A DNA stretch of 31,017 bases. It comes from a virus (lineage: Duplodnaviria > Caudoviricetes). Position 1 is the stretch's first letter. Each line of letters begins with the position of its first letter. Both the position numbers and the translations under genes were made by a program. The DNA lies in IMG/VR virus record IMGVR_UViG_3300046488_000087, positions 1 through 31,017 of that record, one strand, 5' to 3'. The notes under the pieces were generated by a model, which was given only the letters and a program-made list of their open reading frames with translations, was not told where the DNA came from and did not search any database. Positions 1 through 9,267 of this stretch are shown piece by piece.

Positions 1-748
1 CCGTTGCAGCCGCCATACTGATTGCAGGAGCAGCACCACCGGAAGATGCAACGGGGGCCGTACCGGTGACGCCCGTTACCGTACCAACATTTGCAGTAGC
101 TCCCGCAGCAATCCCGTCTAACTTAGTAACCTGTTCTTTTGTCTCGTATCCATCTACTGACGCAGTTGCTGCTGGCAATGCTATGACGGGAGCCGCGCCA
201 CCACTTGAAGTAACGGGAGCAGTCGCCGTAACTCCTGTAACTGTTCCGACGTTTGCGGTAGCACCAGCCGCTATGCCATCCAGTTTTGTGATCTGTGCGG
301 CAGTTGCGGCCCCTGGAACCGAAGCAGTAGCGGCGGCGAGTGAAATAGCCTGTCCAGCAATAGATAACCCGTTGCCCGTGCCTATCGTGGCTGCAGCGTG
401 TTGTGCCGCAGTAGCCGCTTCAAGGGCGGTGATTTGCGCAGCCGTAGCATATCCAGGCGCCGCATTGGTGGCGGCAGGAATGGAGATGGCGGGAGTAGCC
501 CCCTCGCTCGATACCACGGGGGACGTGCCAGTAACGGCAGTAACCGTACCAGAACCGAGGGTAGGAAAGTCGGTAATGTCGGCCTTGACGTGGACATGAA
601 CGGTCGGAGCCTTGCCAGCAAGGTCGGTAACTAATGCAGTAACCTGGCTTTCTGCCAGGACTAACGGGTCTGTTCCCGCCGCCTCGTGGGTATCGGCATG
701 AATCTTGGACACATGTAAATCTGTTCCAACAAGGTCTTTATGCAGCAT
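1..748 (-). CDS. Tail fibre / fibre-like virion protein, truncated at the left window edge
   Basis: Not in the ORF track because it runs off the window. ATG at 748 follows TAGGAG. Reads MLHKDLVGTDLHVSKIHADTHEAAGTDPL..., Ala/Thr/Gly-rich, with a repeated TKLDGIAAGATANVGTVTGVT unit typical of phage fibre repeats. Lies downstream of the head genes. Confidence 0.75.
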   Translation of the reverse strand, partial: MLHKDLVGTDLHVSKIHADTHEAAGTDPLVLAESQVTALVTDLAGKAPTVHVHVKADITDFPTLGSGTVTAVTGTSPVVSSEGATPAISIPAATNAAPGYATAAQITALEAATAAQHAAATIGTGNGLSIAGQAISLAAATASVPGAATAAQITKLDGIAAGATANVGTVTGVTATAPVTSSGGAAPVIALPAATASVDGYETKEQVTKLDGIAAGATANVGTVTGVTGTAPVASSGGAAPAISMAAAT

Positions 749-757
749 CGTCTTCTC

Positions 758-937
758 CTATACCCACCCTTCGATTTCCGCTACTTGGCTTATCCACAAG
801 AGAAACCACCTTAAAACGGGGGAACCGTCAAGGGCAAAAATCAGTTCTCCACTATTGGAATAGATCCGAGCATCCAACGTGAGCCTTTCGTTTTTGACAT
901 AAGACTCGTTTTCAGAACCTTGGGCCGTCCACGGCAT
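758..937 (-). CDS. Small hypothetical late protein (59 aa)
   Basis: ATG at 937 follows GGAGGG; its stop overlaps the RBS of the next gene. Confidence 0.6.
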   Translation of the reverse strand: MPWTAQGSENESYVKNERLTLDARIYSNSGELIFALDGSPVLRWFLLWISQVAEIEGWV

Positions 938-947
938 AAAACCCTCC

Positions 948-979
948 AAGAAGAGGGGCGGAGTTATTGGCCCCGCCCC
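948..979 (-). terminator. Intrinsic terminator after the capsid/head gene block
   Basis: Minus strand GGGGCGGGG-ccaataa-CTCCGCCCC followed by TCTTCTT, just after the stop at 989. Confidence 0.6.
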
Positions 980-988
980 ATTGAATTG

Positions 989-1390
989 CTAGGCAGCGGC
1001 GCGGAAAACGACGTAATCAATCTGCGCCTGATTTCCAGTATTTGCCGCCGTCAACGTGATGACGAGATGGCCTGCCGATGGAATTGCACTCGCAATGTAG
1101 GCAGCCTGTGTGGGGGCTACGCGGAACGTGCAAGTAACTTTGTCTGTGGCGGCAACGCCCGCGATGGCGGTGTCCAGTGTGGCACCAGAACCAGACCATG
1201 TGATTGTTCCGGCATACTTAGCCACATGAGACGGCACAATGCCCGCTGCAAGTTTCGCAAGGGTTACGTTTGCATCGGCAATCTTTACGGTTGTAACTGC
1301 TGCAGTATTGAGTTCGGTGGCGGTTATGCCCCCAACCAAAGCAGCCACAATATCAGAAACGTTGAAATAGGGAAATTGTTTTCTAGCCAT
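989..1390 (-). CDS. Putative head fibre / decoration protein
   Basis: 133 aa, Ala/Thr-rich, with an AVTTVKIADANVTLAKLA fibre-type repeat; lies downstream of the major capsid gene. Confidence 0.55.
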   Translation of the reverse strand: MARKQFPYFNVSDIVAALVGGITATELNTAAVTTVKIADANVTLAKLAAGIVPSHVAKYAGTITWSGSGATLDTAIAGVAATDKVTCTFRVAPTQAAYIASAIPSAGHLVITLTAANTGNQAQIDYVVFRAAA

Positions 1391-1401
1391 ACATCACCGC
1401 C

Positions 1402-1833
1402 CTAGGCGATGTCGGTTACGAAATAGATGAAGGTTGCGACCAATCTCCCCGCTGTGATGGCGCCCGTGCAGGTAAGATAAATGCTAGTATCGGCAGCAAG
1501 GGCAATCCTTGACTGCGTATCTGCCTTCGCTACGCCCTGAATCAGCGTGTCTGCGGTCTGCCCCGTTGTAACCATGTCCGCCATGAACTGCGCCCCTGCG
1601 GAGGCAGAACCAAGCGTGACGGCTGTTCCACCAGCCAAGGCGGTCGTCCAATAACCGGCAATGTCAAGAAGAACCGCATTGATGGGCAGCTTTCCGAGAA
1701 TGTAGTCCCCGATAGCCCCACCCATCTTGGTGAAGTCATAAACGAACGTCTTTGCCTTTACCGTCTTGAGTTCTCCGTTTCCAAAAACGGGTTCCCCCTG
1801 AACGGGCAATCCAGCATCGTATACAGTTGCCAT
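1402..1833 (-). CDS. Putative capsid decoration/cement protein
   Basis: 143 aa, beta-rich small-residue composition, AAGGAGG RBS, position after the capsid gene. Confidence 0.55.
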   Translation of the reverse strand: MATVYDAGLPVQGEPVFGNGELKTVKAKTFVYDFTKMGGAIGDYILGKLPINAVLLDIAGYWTTALAGGTAVTLGSASAGAQFMADMVTTGQTADTLIQGVAKADTQSRIALAADTSIYLTCTGAITAGRLVATFIYFVTDIA

Positions 1834-2064
1834 TTAAAGTACCTCCTTGGATACTCTCCCGCGTTGCGGGATTAATCTGGGGAGGCAGTCAGGAAACTGC
1901 CCCTCCCAGTAAGTTCTTGCCTGCGTCTTCTCTGGGCCGGTAGAACCCATAATCAGGTTCCACTCGCCCTCGGAAAGTTCGATGGACTTACCCATTTTCC
2001 AGTCTTCGGTTCTGCCCGAGATGGAAAGGGTTATGTCCTGTTCGCTTGCATTTCGGACTAGCAC
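1834..2064 (-). CDS. Hypothetical protein (76 aa)
   Basis: Tightly packed between the capsid gene and the next gene. Confidence 0.6.
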   Translation of the reverse strand: MLVRNASEQDITLSISGRTEDWKMGKSIELSEGEWNLIMGSTGPEKTQARTYWEGQFPDCLPRLIPQRGRVSKEVL

Positions 2065-2065
2065 G

Positions 2066-2998
2066 TTAGGCTACTGTCACTCCCTGAAGCAAGCCACAGC
2101 TCATGGGGAAGTCGCAAACGAGCTGAAGGGTGATGCCAACTGAACCCTCGATGACCTTGGTGCGCTTGATAGGCTCCATGTCTACCCAGCCGCTCCATGA
2201 GAGGTTGTCCTTGGGGTGAACGATGAGGAACATGTGGTCGGTGTTGATGAAGTAAATCTCGCCGGTCGGAACCTTGTCGCTCCACATAATATCGGTGCCC
2301 CAGAACTTGGGGCCGTTTTCGCTGACGGCTTGCTGCGTGTTCTGGAAGCCGACCTTGGCGAAGTTCATGCTCCAAAGCTTTTCCCAGATGGCCTGTGTGG
2401 TGACGATAAGGTCGGGGAACTTCTTGCCGAGCTTCTTGCACTCGTTCATCTTGGTTGCAAGCATCTCGTACGTGAGTGCGCCAGCGGAGGCCGTGAGGTT
2501 GGACTTGTAGAAGTAGCCAGACGGAACGCTGCGGTCGATGTCGCCGACGGTGGCGTAGTTGGTGTAATCAAGGAATTCGTGGACAGAGGTGATGGCACCT
2601 GTTGCACCAGCAACCATGAGGTCGCTTGCGAGGGTGCTCTGGAGGTTGTCCTTGATACTCTGCATGGTGACGGTCAGAAGGTTGACAATCTGCGCCTTGT
2701 CGGAGTTTTCCATAATGTCGATCTTGTTCAGCGCATTTCCGCTGAAGTAGTGCGACCAGTGGAAGTGGTTTTCGGTCAGAACATCACTCTGAACGATGGT
2801 CAGGGTGTCGGTCTTGACGTACGGGCCACCGGAACATGCCTGCGAGTTGATAAGCGGAACCTTGATGATGGAGCCACCGCTGACCTTGCGCGTCTTAGCC
2901 ATGAACCGCTTGATGAGCGGGTCATCCTGATAAATGTTGTTGACGAGAGGAAGGTAATATGCCGTAGTTGCGGCATCGAGTTGACTGATAATGGACAT
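2066..2998 (-). CDS. Major capsid protein (HK97 fold)
   Basis: 310 aa with strong AGGAGG RBS. Motifs GGSIIKVPL, PDLIVTT, GPKFWGTDIMWS, IYFINTD resemble phage capsid proteins. Follows the scaffold gene. Confidence 0.85.
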   Translation of the reverse strand: MSIISQLDAATTAYYLPLVNNIYQDDPLIKRFMAKTRKVSGGSIIKVPLINSQACSGGPYVKTDTLTIVQSDVLTENHFHWSHYFSGNALNKIDIMENSDKAQIVNLLTVTMQSIKDNLQSTLASDLMVAGATGAITSVHEFLDYTNYATVGDIDRSVPSGYFYKSNLTASAGALTYEMLATKMNECKKLGKKFPDLIVTTQAIWEKLWSMNFAKVGFQNTQQAVSENGPKFWGTDIMWSDKVPTGEIYFINTDHMFLIVHPKDNLSWSGWVDMEPIKRTKVIEGSVGITLQLVCDFPMSCGLLQGVTVA

Positions 2999-3016
2999 TT
3001 GAGTCCTCCTGTTAGT

Positions 3017-3874
3017 TTATGCGAGCGAGTCCCAGGCCCCCTCAAGCTGGTCTCCGGCTTCCCGGAAGTCCTTGGGATGGATGGTTCCCTTTGCTGCACC
3101 CTTGGAGCCGCCCTCTACGACGGTCTTTCCACTGATGCCTTTTTTAAGTTCGTCTAGACGGGTGTTAGCCCGCTTCTCCACAATGGAATCAAGTGCTTCG
3201 GGGTGGAGGTCGTAATATGTTGCTTTCACAAGACGTACGATTTTTTCAGGTGAGTCCACCGCCTTGTCGGACAGTGCATCGACCCTCTCCTGTAGTTCGA
3301 GGAACAGCTCATCACGATCTGGGCCGGATAACTCAACACCCTCTTTTGTAAGGGCCGTAAGGCCACTTTCGAGTGCGGTATCCGTTTCACCGAGCTGTTG
3401 CTTCTCTGCGTACGAGAGAGAAGATTTCACGCCCTCTTCCAACTCCGCGAGTCTGGTTTTCAATGCAACCACTTCGGGGTCGGGTTGAGCAGCAAATGGG
3501 TCAAACGTGGGAGCTTCCTCTTTTACGGGGGGCGCCGGTGTTTCCAGTTGCTTCTTGAGTGCGTAAAATTCTGCCTTCTGACGGTTTAGGGCTTGCGCCT
3601 TCGTGTCATAGTTGACGCCGTACGAAGCCCACTTTAGAAGTTCGGCCTGGTCTTTAGGTGTCCACTCCTTCCCCGCTGCCTTGAACTTGAACTTGGAACC
3701 ATCCCACTGCGCCACTTGTGAAGGGGCGTTCTCAGTTGATGATGGCTGCTCCGTTCCTGCGTCGTCGGGGGTTACAGGCTGTTGGGCCGCGAGGGCCTGA
3801 GTTTCGTCCGTATCGGTGAAGAACGATTCAGGACTTCCCGACGTTACAACGTTGCCTTTGTCTTCCAATGGCAT
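3017..3874 (-). CDS. Capsid scaffolding protein
   Basis: 285 aa, acidic disordered N-terminus, coiled-coil, GVNYDTKAQAL motif typical of scaffolds; directly upstream of the capsid gene. Confidence 0.75.
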   Translation of the reverse strand: MPLEDKGNVVTSGSPESFFTDTDETQALAAQQPVTPDDAGTEQPSSTENAPSQVAQWDGSKFKFKAAGKEWTPKDQAELLKWASYGVNYDTKAQALNRQKAEFYALKKQLETPAPPVKEEAPTFDPFAAQPDPEVVALKTRLAELEEGVKSSLSYAEKQQLGETDTALESGLTALTKEGVELSGPDRDELFLELQERVDALSDKAVDSPEKIVRLVKATYYDLHPEALDSIVEKRANTRLDELKKGISGKTVVEGGSKGAAKGTIHPKDFREAGDQLEGAWDSLA

Positions 3875-3893
3875 AAATCCTCCTTAGGGATTT

Positions 3894-4460
3894 TTATGTC
3901 CAATCTTCGGTCAGGTATTGCCCTGCCAGTGCGTTAATCTTGTCCATGTTCTTGCCTGTCCAGACGTTGTGTTTAACGCTGTCATGCAGGGTTGAGGGAA
4001 TATAAATTACGTCCTCCTTGTTAATGTGATGCCCGTCGCTGTTGGGAAACCATGAGTTCAGGAGGTTCCAACCAAGAAGGCGGCGTTTGGCGCGAGACTT
4101 TCTCCAAGACACTCCCTGACCGCCCCTCCAATTTCCAATAGATATCTTGGCGCGGGTTTCGGGAGACATAATGCGCCCCATCAGCGTGGCAGACGTTTTT
4201 GCGCGAGTTTCAGGGGATGGATTCGCGTGCGCAACGCACAACCTTGCACATGTTTCCGGCGATGCTTTATGGCCGGTAAGTGTGGCAGATATCTTTGCCC
4301 GTGTCTCGGGACTCGTAATATGTCCCTTCTGTGCCGCAGATACCTTCGCCCGAGCGACATCAGATTGCGGAACCCCCACGTGCGGATTAGAGCGTCCGGT
4401 GAGAGATGCTGATATTTTCGCCCGCATTTCGGGAGTGCGAACGAATGCGCCCTTGGGCAT
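3894..4460 (-). CDS. NUMOD3-repeat HNH-like homing endonuclease
   Basis: Repeated SPETRAKISA (NUMOD3) motifs plus C-terminal DGHH...LH...HN. Paralog of 17054-17629. Confidence 0.75.
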   Translation of the reverse strand: MPKGAFVRTPEMRAKISASLTGRSNPHVGVPQSDVARAKVSAAQKGHITSPETRAKISATLTGHKASPETCARLCVAHANPSPETRAKTSATLMGRIMSPETRAKISIGNWRGGQGVSWRKSRAKRRLLGWNLLNSWFPNSDGHHINKEDVIYIPSTLHDSVKHNVWTGKNMDKINALAGQYLTEDWT

Positions 4461-4469
4461 TAAGTCCTC

Positions 4470-4754
4470 CTATTGAATGGGTGGGGCTGTTGGTTCTGTT
4501 ACCGGTGCTGCCGGTTCTTTAGTCAACGTCACCTTATCGCCCACGACAGCAGTCACCGTAAGAACGTCACCTTCGACGACGCCCTGTAGCGCTTCTACTG
4601 GAACGTCAAAGGTAGATGTCGGTTCAACGGGGGGCATGTCGGGGGTGTTGTTAATTGGCATATTGCCAGGGTTGATTTGTTTTGAAGCGTCGCTTGAAAG
4701 GCCGCGTGACCTGTTGGCAAGGGCGTTTCCGAGCATTTTTGCATTTAGGGCCAT
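4470..4754 (-). CDS. Hypothetical late protein (94 aa)
   Basis: AGGAGG RBS; in the operon between portal and scaffold. Confidence 0.65.
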   Translation of the reverse strand: MALNAKMLGNALANRSRGLSSDASKQINPGNMPINNTPDMPPVEPTSTFDVPVEALQGVVEGDVLTVTAVVGDKVTLTKEPAAPVTEPTAPPIQ

Positions 4755-4762
4755 TTTACCTC

Positions 4763-4972
4763 CTAGGTAATTCCGAGCGTAGTTCTGAGTCCGGCTATCC
4801 GACGAAGTGTCTCTTGCATTGTGCTGTCCGCATTAGGGAATACTCCTTGCATGGCGGGCGGAGTCACGGGAGCGGTTGGTGCAGTCGGTACGATAGGAGA
4901 GTTTCCTAATCGCCGTTTAGCAATCTGTTGCACCAACGCACTTTTCGGGGTTGTCACGTTATTGGGTAACAC
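4763..4972 (-). CDS. Hypothetical late protein (69 aa, Pro-rich)
   Basis: GTG at 4972 follows AAGGAGGT and overlaps the portal stop. The 5116 start in the ORF track lies deep inside the portal gene. Confidence 0.55.
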   Translation of the reverse strand: MLPNNVTTPKSALVQQIAKRRLGNSPIVPTAPTAPVTPPAMQGVFPNADSTMQETLRRIAGLRTTLGIT

Positions 4973-6449
4973 CGAGACCTCCTTGTGGCGGGTTCTGTGG
5001 CGGGGTTGCCGCCTGAATCTGTGCCAGAGCCGCCGCCTTGATGCGCTCCTGTGCACGACCAATGATTCCAATGAGAACGGGGTCGCCCGTAAGTTCACCC
5101 AGTCCTTCGGGGTCAATGATTTTCAGATTGACAAACTGGTTGCCAAGGTTCATCCTCATTTCCTTGTCGGCAGGAAGGGCCTCGGAGTAACAGATAGAAA
5201 CATCGAATACACTGTCCATCTGTGTAGGGTCGGGCTGCGTTCCCGCAATGTCCACCCACTGGTCGGATGTGTACCACCGCATGAGTTCTACTGCCATGAG
5301 GCCCCACAATCCAACGGCCCGCTGTATACCATCTGCCTTGAGTTCCTTGATGGTCTTGCCCGCCTCTTGCAGGGCAACGATGGCACTAGCCGCCGTCACA
5401 CCACCAGAGGTCGCGCCGTAGTTGACTTGCCGTACGCCGCTGATGTCGGGCATGATGCCCTGAAGCATCCCCACGGTGTTTTGCCAAGCGGGGGAAAGGG
5501 GGATGGTTTGCAATGCCGCAAGGTCATAGTCACTCTTGTGGACAAGGCCAGGTTCGTTGGAGAGGTGGTCGGGCATGCCCTGGTCTTTAGTAATCCACTG
5601 GCTGTTCTGCGTCAGCATCAGATTGTCCAGAAGATAACCCAGCGTCTTCATAAACGACTTCTGGCTGCCCCACAGATCGCCAACCATCGACTTGCGCTCT
5701 CCAGTAGATGTATCATCGACCACGTAGTCCACAATGGGAATACGCCGGAAGGGATAGGTCAGTTCTTCATCGACAAATGGCTTCTTTGGAGAAGATGCTG
5801 CCCAGATGATGTGTCTCCCATTGGGAAGTGTCGCATCGGGGTTGTACCACGACTCGATGACCTCAACGCCCTCGGCATTGGTGAACTCGTCCTTGGCGTC
5901 GGTCTGTGTTTCTACTCCATACTTGGTTAAAACGTAGAAAGGAGAACGCAGGTGACGCACATGACAGTATTCAGCGTCATCAATGGTGTGGGCGAGGGGG
6001 TCGATAAATATGTTGAAGGGGGAAACGGTATAAGAGCCGATATTCCCGTCCCCGCCATCATCCTGTGCGTCCCAGAAGATGCCCTGATAGCCCCTGCCAT
6101 AAATAAGCATATCCAGCGTGGCCCGCTTTACGTCCTCTGCCACGTCCTTGTTCTCATAAACCGCCTTGAGCGCGGTTGAGAGTAGTTCCGCCGCTGGCAT
6201 ATTCACAGACTTTGCGGGGTTGACAAGGATGGAAGGGTGTTTCAACTGCAACATGGCGAGGAGTTGTAAGACGTTGGGCTTGATATAGTTTATTTCTGGC
6301 TTGGACGCACCCTCATCAACGCCACCAACGTGACTCCAGTGGTCGCCGAGGTAAAAGTCGCGCCAGTCGCGGCAGTCTGATAAGTAGGAACTGGCGAATG
6401 ACTTTGCGGTTTCATAATCGTCAGCGAACAGGTGCTCTAATTTAGCCAT
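4959..6449 (-). CDS. Portal protein (P22-like)
   Basis: 496 aa from ATG 6449 (AAGGAG RBS). Motifs PEINYIKPNV, VSPFNIFIDP, DISGV...GATSGGVTAASAI are typical of P22-like portals. Follows the terminase. Confidence 0.88.
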   Translation of the reverse strand: MAKLEHLFADDYETAKSFASSYLSDCRDWRDFYLGDHWSHVGGVDEGASKPEINYIKPNVLQLLAMLQLKHPSILVNPAKSVNMPAAELLSTALKAVYENKDVAEDVKRATLDMLIYGRGYQGIFWDAQDDGGDGNIGSYTVSPFNIFIDPLAHTIDDAEYCHVRHLRSPFYVLTKYGVETQTDAKDEFTNAEGVEVIESWYNPDATLPNGRHIIWAASSPKKPFVDEELTYPFRRIPIVDYVVDDTSTGERKSMVGDLWGSQKSFMKTLGYLLDNLMLTQNSQWITKDQGMPDHLSNEPGLVHKSDYDLAALQTIPLSPAWQNTVGMLQGIMPDISGVRQVNYGATSGGVTAASAIVALQEAGKTIKELKADGIQRAVGLWGLMAVELMRWYTSDQWVDIAGTQPDPTQMDSVFDVSICYSEALPADKEMRMNLGNQFVNLKIIDPEGLGELTGDPVLIGIIGRAQERIKAAALAQIQAATPPQNPPQGGLGVTQ

Positions 6450-6621
6450 GTAACTCCTTCTTCGAAGCGGTAAAGACAACTCTGTCGGCCCATTCCGCTT
6501 TCTTCCCTTTGTTCCACTGGGCGACGGGACGGAGATAACCAACAACGCGGCTGTAGACCTCGCAGGGCTGACGCTTCACAGCGGGAATGGTGATGTTGCC
6601 TACAATCAAGTCATCGGTCAC
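6442..6621 (-). CDS. nrdD: Free-standing class III RNR (NrdD) C-terminal glycyl-radical domain protein (59 aa)
   Basis: CEVYSRVVGYLRPVAQWNKGKKAEWADR matches the NrdD C-terminal RVxGY glycyl-radical loop. GTG at 6621 follows GAGGAGG. Overlaps both the terL stop and the portal start. Domain only, not a full NrdD. Confidence 0.8.
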   Translation of the reverse strand: MTDDLIVGNITIPAVKRQPCEVYSRVVGYLRPVAQWNKGKKAEWADRVVFTASKKELHG

Positions 6622-7955
6622 TAGAGCCTCCTCATCCAAATGTTTTCTTCCTTGTTGGCGGCAAATATCCCCGCGATTCTTTTAGCTGCAGCAGACATCA
6701 TGGGAACTGGACTTACTCGCGCCCGCTCCATTTGTGCTTTGTACTGCTTCCTCCCCATGAGTCCGTACCTTATGGCGTCCATGAGGTCATCGGCTTCCTT
6801 GAGGGGCTTCCCGTTACGCCAGACATAGTTCCGTGCCTCATCTTTCGTCTGGAGGCAGGTGTCCATGAGGCAGAACTCCCCCGCGTTTATCATTCTGGAG
6901 ACCTCTGAGATACCCTTGTCCACATCGTTGATGGCGGCAAGAAAGGCGATTTCAAGGCCGTTCTTCTTGAGCCACTTCTTCATCTCTGCGGCTCCCTGTG
7001 GGTTGGAGGGGTCGTAGTACACCCTGCGGACACGGTACTTCATCAGGGGTTCAAGGTTGTTCTCTACGTGCGTCTCGTAGTCGATGGCGGACGCCTCGTA
7101 TTCCCTGAACTGGTACACGACCCCGTTTTCCTCAAAGAAGTAAGCGAGGGCCGTAGGGTGCCCAAACCCAAAGTCCATGCCGCACCAGACTTCGGCGTTC
7201 TCTGGAGGTTCGCGGTAGGGGATAATGGAGCCTTTTTTCAGGTCGTAGACCAGCCCAATTGCTGCCGTGAACTCTCCGAGATACCGCATCGCAAATTCTG
7301 CGGGGGCCATCTCTTTCCGCAGCCGCTCGAACTCTTCTTTTGGAAAGGCGGGATTGGCGGTAGAGGGACACTGGATAAACTTGTAGGCGGGGTTTCCGCT
7401 CTTCCATTCCTCATACGGTTCGTCTGCAAGCCATGCCTGCGTCTTCCCTGGATAGGGGGTACTTAGTCCGCAGAGCTGTCCGTCCCTCATTAGAATTCGA
7501 GACTGCAAGGCAATCCACACCTGCCTGCGGCACTGTGCTATCTCGTCGATGATAATGCCATCATACTGGCCGCCCTCAAGAAGGTCGGGTTTGTCGGCAG
7601 AACCGAAGAAGATTTCGTAGTTCGTTCCAGCGTAGCAACGCCTCTTCTCCGACCATGCACCCTTGAGCGGGGTGTGGTCAAAGTAATCTCTGACATACGG
7701 CTTGGCAATCTGTTCGACAAACTGGAAAGAAGGCTCTGTTACGAGATACCTTCCGCCGTGCTTTTTCCGCATCAGACGCATAAGCTTGATGGGGATTGAT
7801 GAAGACTTTCCAGCGCCCGAACCGGCAATGAACATCAGGTAGGTCGTCAGGCAATCGTCGAGGTATTCCCTCTGAAACGGGTTGGGGTCTTCCTCAATAC
7901 CACCAGTGGGAGATATTCTCCATAGTACCGGTTTGCCCTTGGCGTCAGTCAGCAA
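6621..7955 (-). CDS. terL: Terminase large subunit
   Basis: Walker A GSGAGKS, Walker B IIIDE, nuclease motifs GMDFGFGHP, YYDPS and DDLMDAIRY. Confidence 0.93.
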   Translation of the reverse strand: MLTDAKGKPVLWRISPTGGIEEDPNPFQREYLDDCLTTYLMFIAGSGAGKSSSIPIKLMRLMRKKHGGRYLVTEPSFQFVEQIAKPYVRDYFDHTPLKGAWSEKRRCYAGTNYEIFFGSADKPDLLEGGQYDGIIIDEIAQCRRQVWIALQSRILMRDGQLCGLSTPYPGKTQAWLADEPYEEWKSGNPAYKFIQCPSTANPAFPKEEFERLRKEMAPAEFAMRYLGEFTAAIGLVYDLKKGSIIPYREPPENAEVWCGMDFGFGHPTALAYFFEENGVVYQFREYEASAIDYETHVENNLEPLMKYRVRRVYYDPSNPQGAAEMKKWLKKNGLEIAFLAAINDVDKGISEVSRMINAGEFCLMDTCLQTKDEARNYVWRNGKPLKEADDLMDAIRYGLMGRKQYKAQMERARVSPVPMMSAAAKRIAGIFAANKEENIWMRRL

Positions 7956-8463
7956 GGTGCTTTTCGCTTTCTACTTCCGTAGGCCAGTCAGGGACGGCCA
8001 GCTTCTCGTCATGCGTGGTTTCGTCTTGCAAGTCCAAAAGCAGCTTCGCAGCGGTTGTGATGTCTGCCGCCCGAAGCATGATCTTCTTCTCTTCCAGTAG
8101 TTCACTACCCCGCCTGATGATCTGAATGAGCGTGGCCTTCGCCTCTTCGCACTTATTGGCAACACCGGCGTCATACAGGCCCTTGAGGGCGAGGTCGTTT
8201 AAAACCCCTTCCATGACGTTGACCCACTCGTCCCAGTGTTCAGAGGTAGACCAACCCTTCAGGGTGGAGAGTTTGACCCCAGCATAGAAGCCCACCTTCA
8301 GAAGGGAACGGTCTCGGCCAAGCATGAGATAGCTCTCTCTACAAGCCTCGTGCTGTGCGTAGGTATACTCCTGCCGATTGAACGTCTTTCTGACGGGTTT
8401 CTCTGACAAAACGATGGGTTCCTGCGGCAAGGCAGGGATGATTTCTGGGCGGAGCTTAGACAT
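7945..8463 (-). CDS. terS: Terminase small subunit
   Basis: ATG at 8463 follows AGGAGG. HTH-like RSLLKVG...STLKGWS...W followed by a helical region. Overlaps the terL start. Confidence 0.65.
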   Translation of the reverse strand: MSKLRPEIIPALPQEPIVLSEKPVRKTFNRQEYTYAQHEACRESYLMLGRDRSLLKVGFYAGVKLSTLKGWSTSEHWDEWVNVMEGVLNDLALKGLYDAGVANKCEEAKATLIQIIRRGSELLEEKKIMLRAADITTAAKLLLDLQDETTHDEKLAVPDWPTEVESEKHLAD

Positions 8464-8923
8464 ATGGGCAGTCCTCCTATACATATATACGCAAGGTCGG
8501 GCGCCCTTTTTCCCTCTTTTACCCCTTATTGTGAATACCCTCTTCACTATCCATTCTATCGTCAGTCTGGGGGCGGGCTGCCCTGCCAGTTACTATGCCG
8601 CCTTCTTCACACAAACCTTCCGGCCTTCTTTTTTTTCCTCCGAAATCGGTGTCTCCAGACCCCCCTAAAACCTGCCTTCCGTTAGTTCCCAAGCGGATTC
8701 TTTTTTCCCCGAAACGGGCCTTCTTTAGAAAAAGGGGGCCGTTCCTCTTTCCTCTGGGGTCAGTAGGGAGGTTTCTAAAAGAACCATAAGTCCAGTCGGA
8801 GAGTGATATATCTACACCCCCCCACCCCGAAACCCTTGTAGGGGGCTGCATGGCCGAAGAGGGAAAGGAGTCCCCGACCCCAACCCAAAGCCCCACCAGA
8901 GAGAAGGAACAAAGACACCACCT

Positions 8924-8959
8924 ACGCGCACGTGAGGTAAAGATAAGACACGTGCGCGT
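8924..8959. repeat. Perfect 11-bp inverted repeat in the strand-switch region
   Basis: ACGCGCACGTG (8924-8934), 14-nt spacer, CACGTGCGCGT (8949-8959). Confidence 0.7.
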
Positions 8960-9111
8960 GTAGAAGCCATCCCTTGATGTATTGGCAAGTAGTCAGAGGG
9001 TATAGGTGATTGGAGATGCCTGCACTGCACACTACCCGCGCCTGGCATGATGTGAACACCGCCCGAACCCTTGCCCTATCACCCGAAGAGCCTTGACTTA
9101 GGAAACCCCTA

Positions 9112-9139
9112 TTGACAGGTTAACGGATACCCGTATGAT
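9112..9139 (+). promoter_or_regulatory. Sigma70-type early promoter
   Basis: TTGACA, 16-nt spacer, TATGAT, upstream of the plus-strand block. Confidence 0.65.
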
Positions 9140-9267
9140 ATGGACAGGCGAGCAGAACACACAGCCCGCGCCTAGAAGAGCAAGCGCCTTGACAACCAAC
9201 CACAGCGAAGCCACCGAGAAGCCCGCAGCAATCGCGGACTTAGGTTAAGCCGACCCCGCACCACTAA

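Noticed and set aside
66-599. 177-aa plus-strand ORF
   Set aside because: Antisense shadow of the repetitive minus-strand fibre gene (1-748), which has the RBS and the operon context.
2216-5930. Long plus-strand ORFs 2216-3157 and 4821-5930
   Set aside because: Antisense to the capsid, scaffold and portal genes; no RBS or motifs; expected from codon bias.
6450-6545. N-terminal extension of the portal ORF in the track
   Set aside because: Overlaps the NrdD-like gene; the RBS supports ATG 6449.
8519-9048. ORFs 8519-8896 and 8812-9048
   Set aside because: Low-complexity translations without an RBS, in the strand-switch region.
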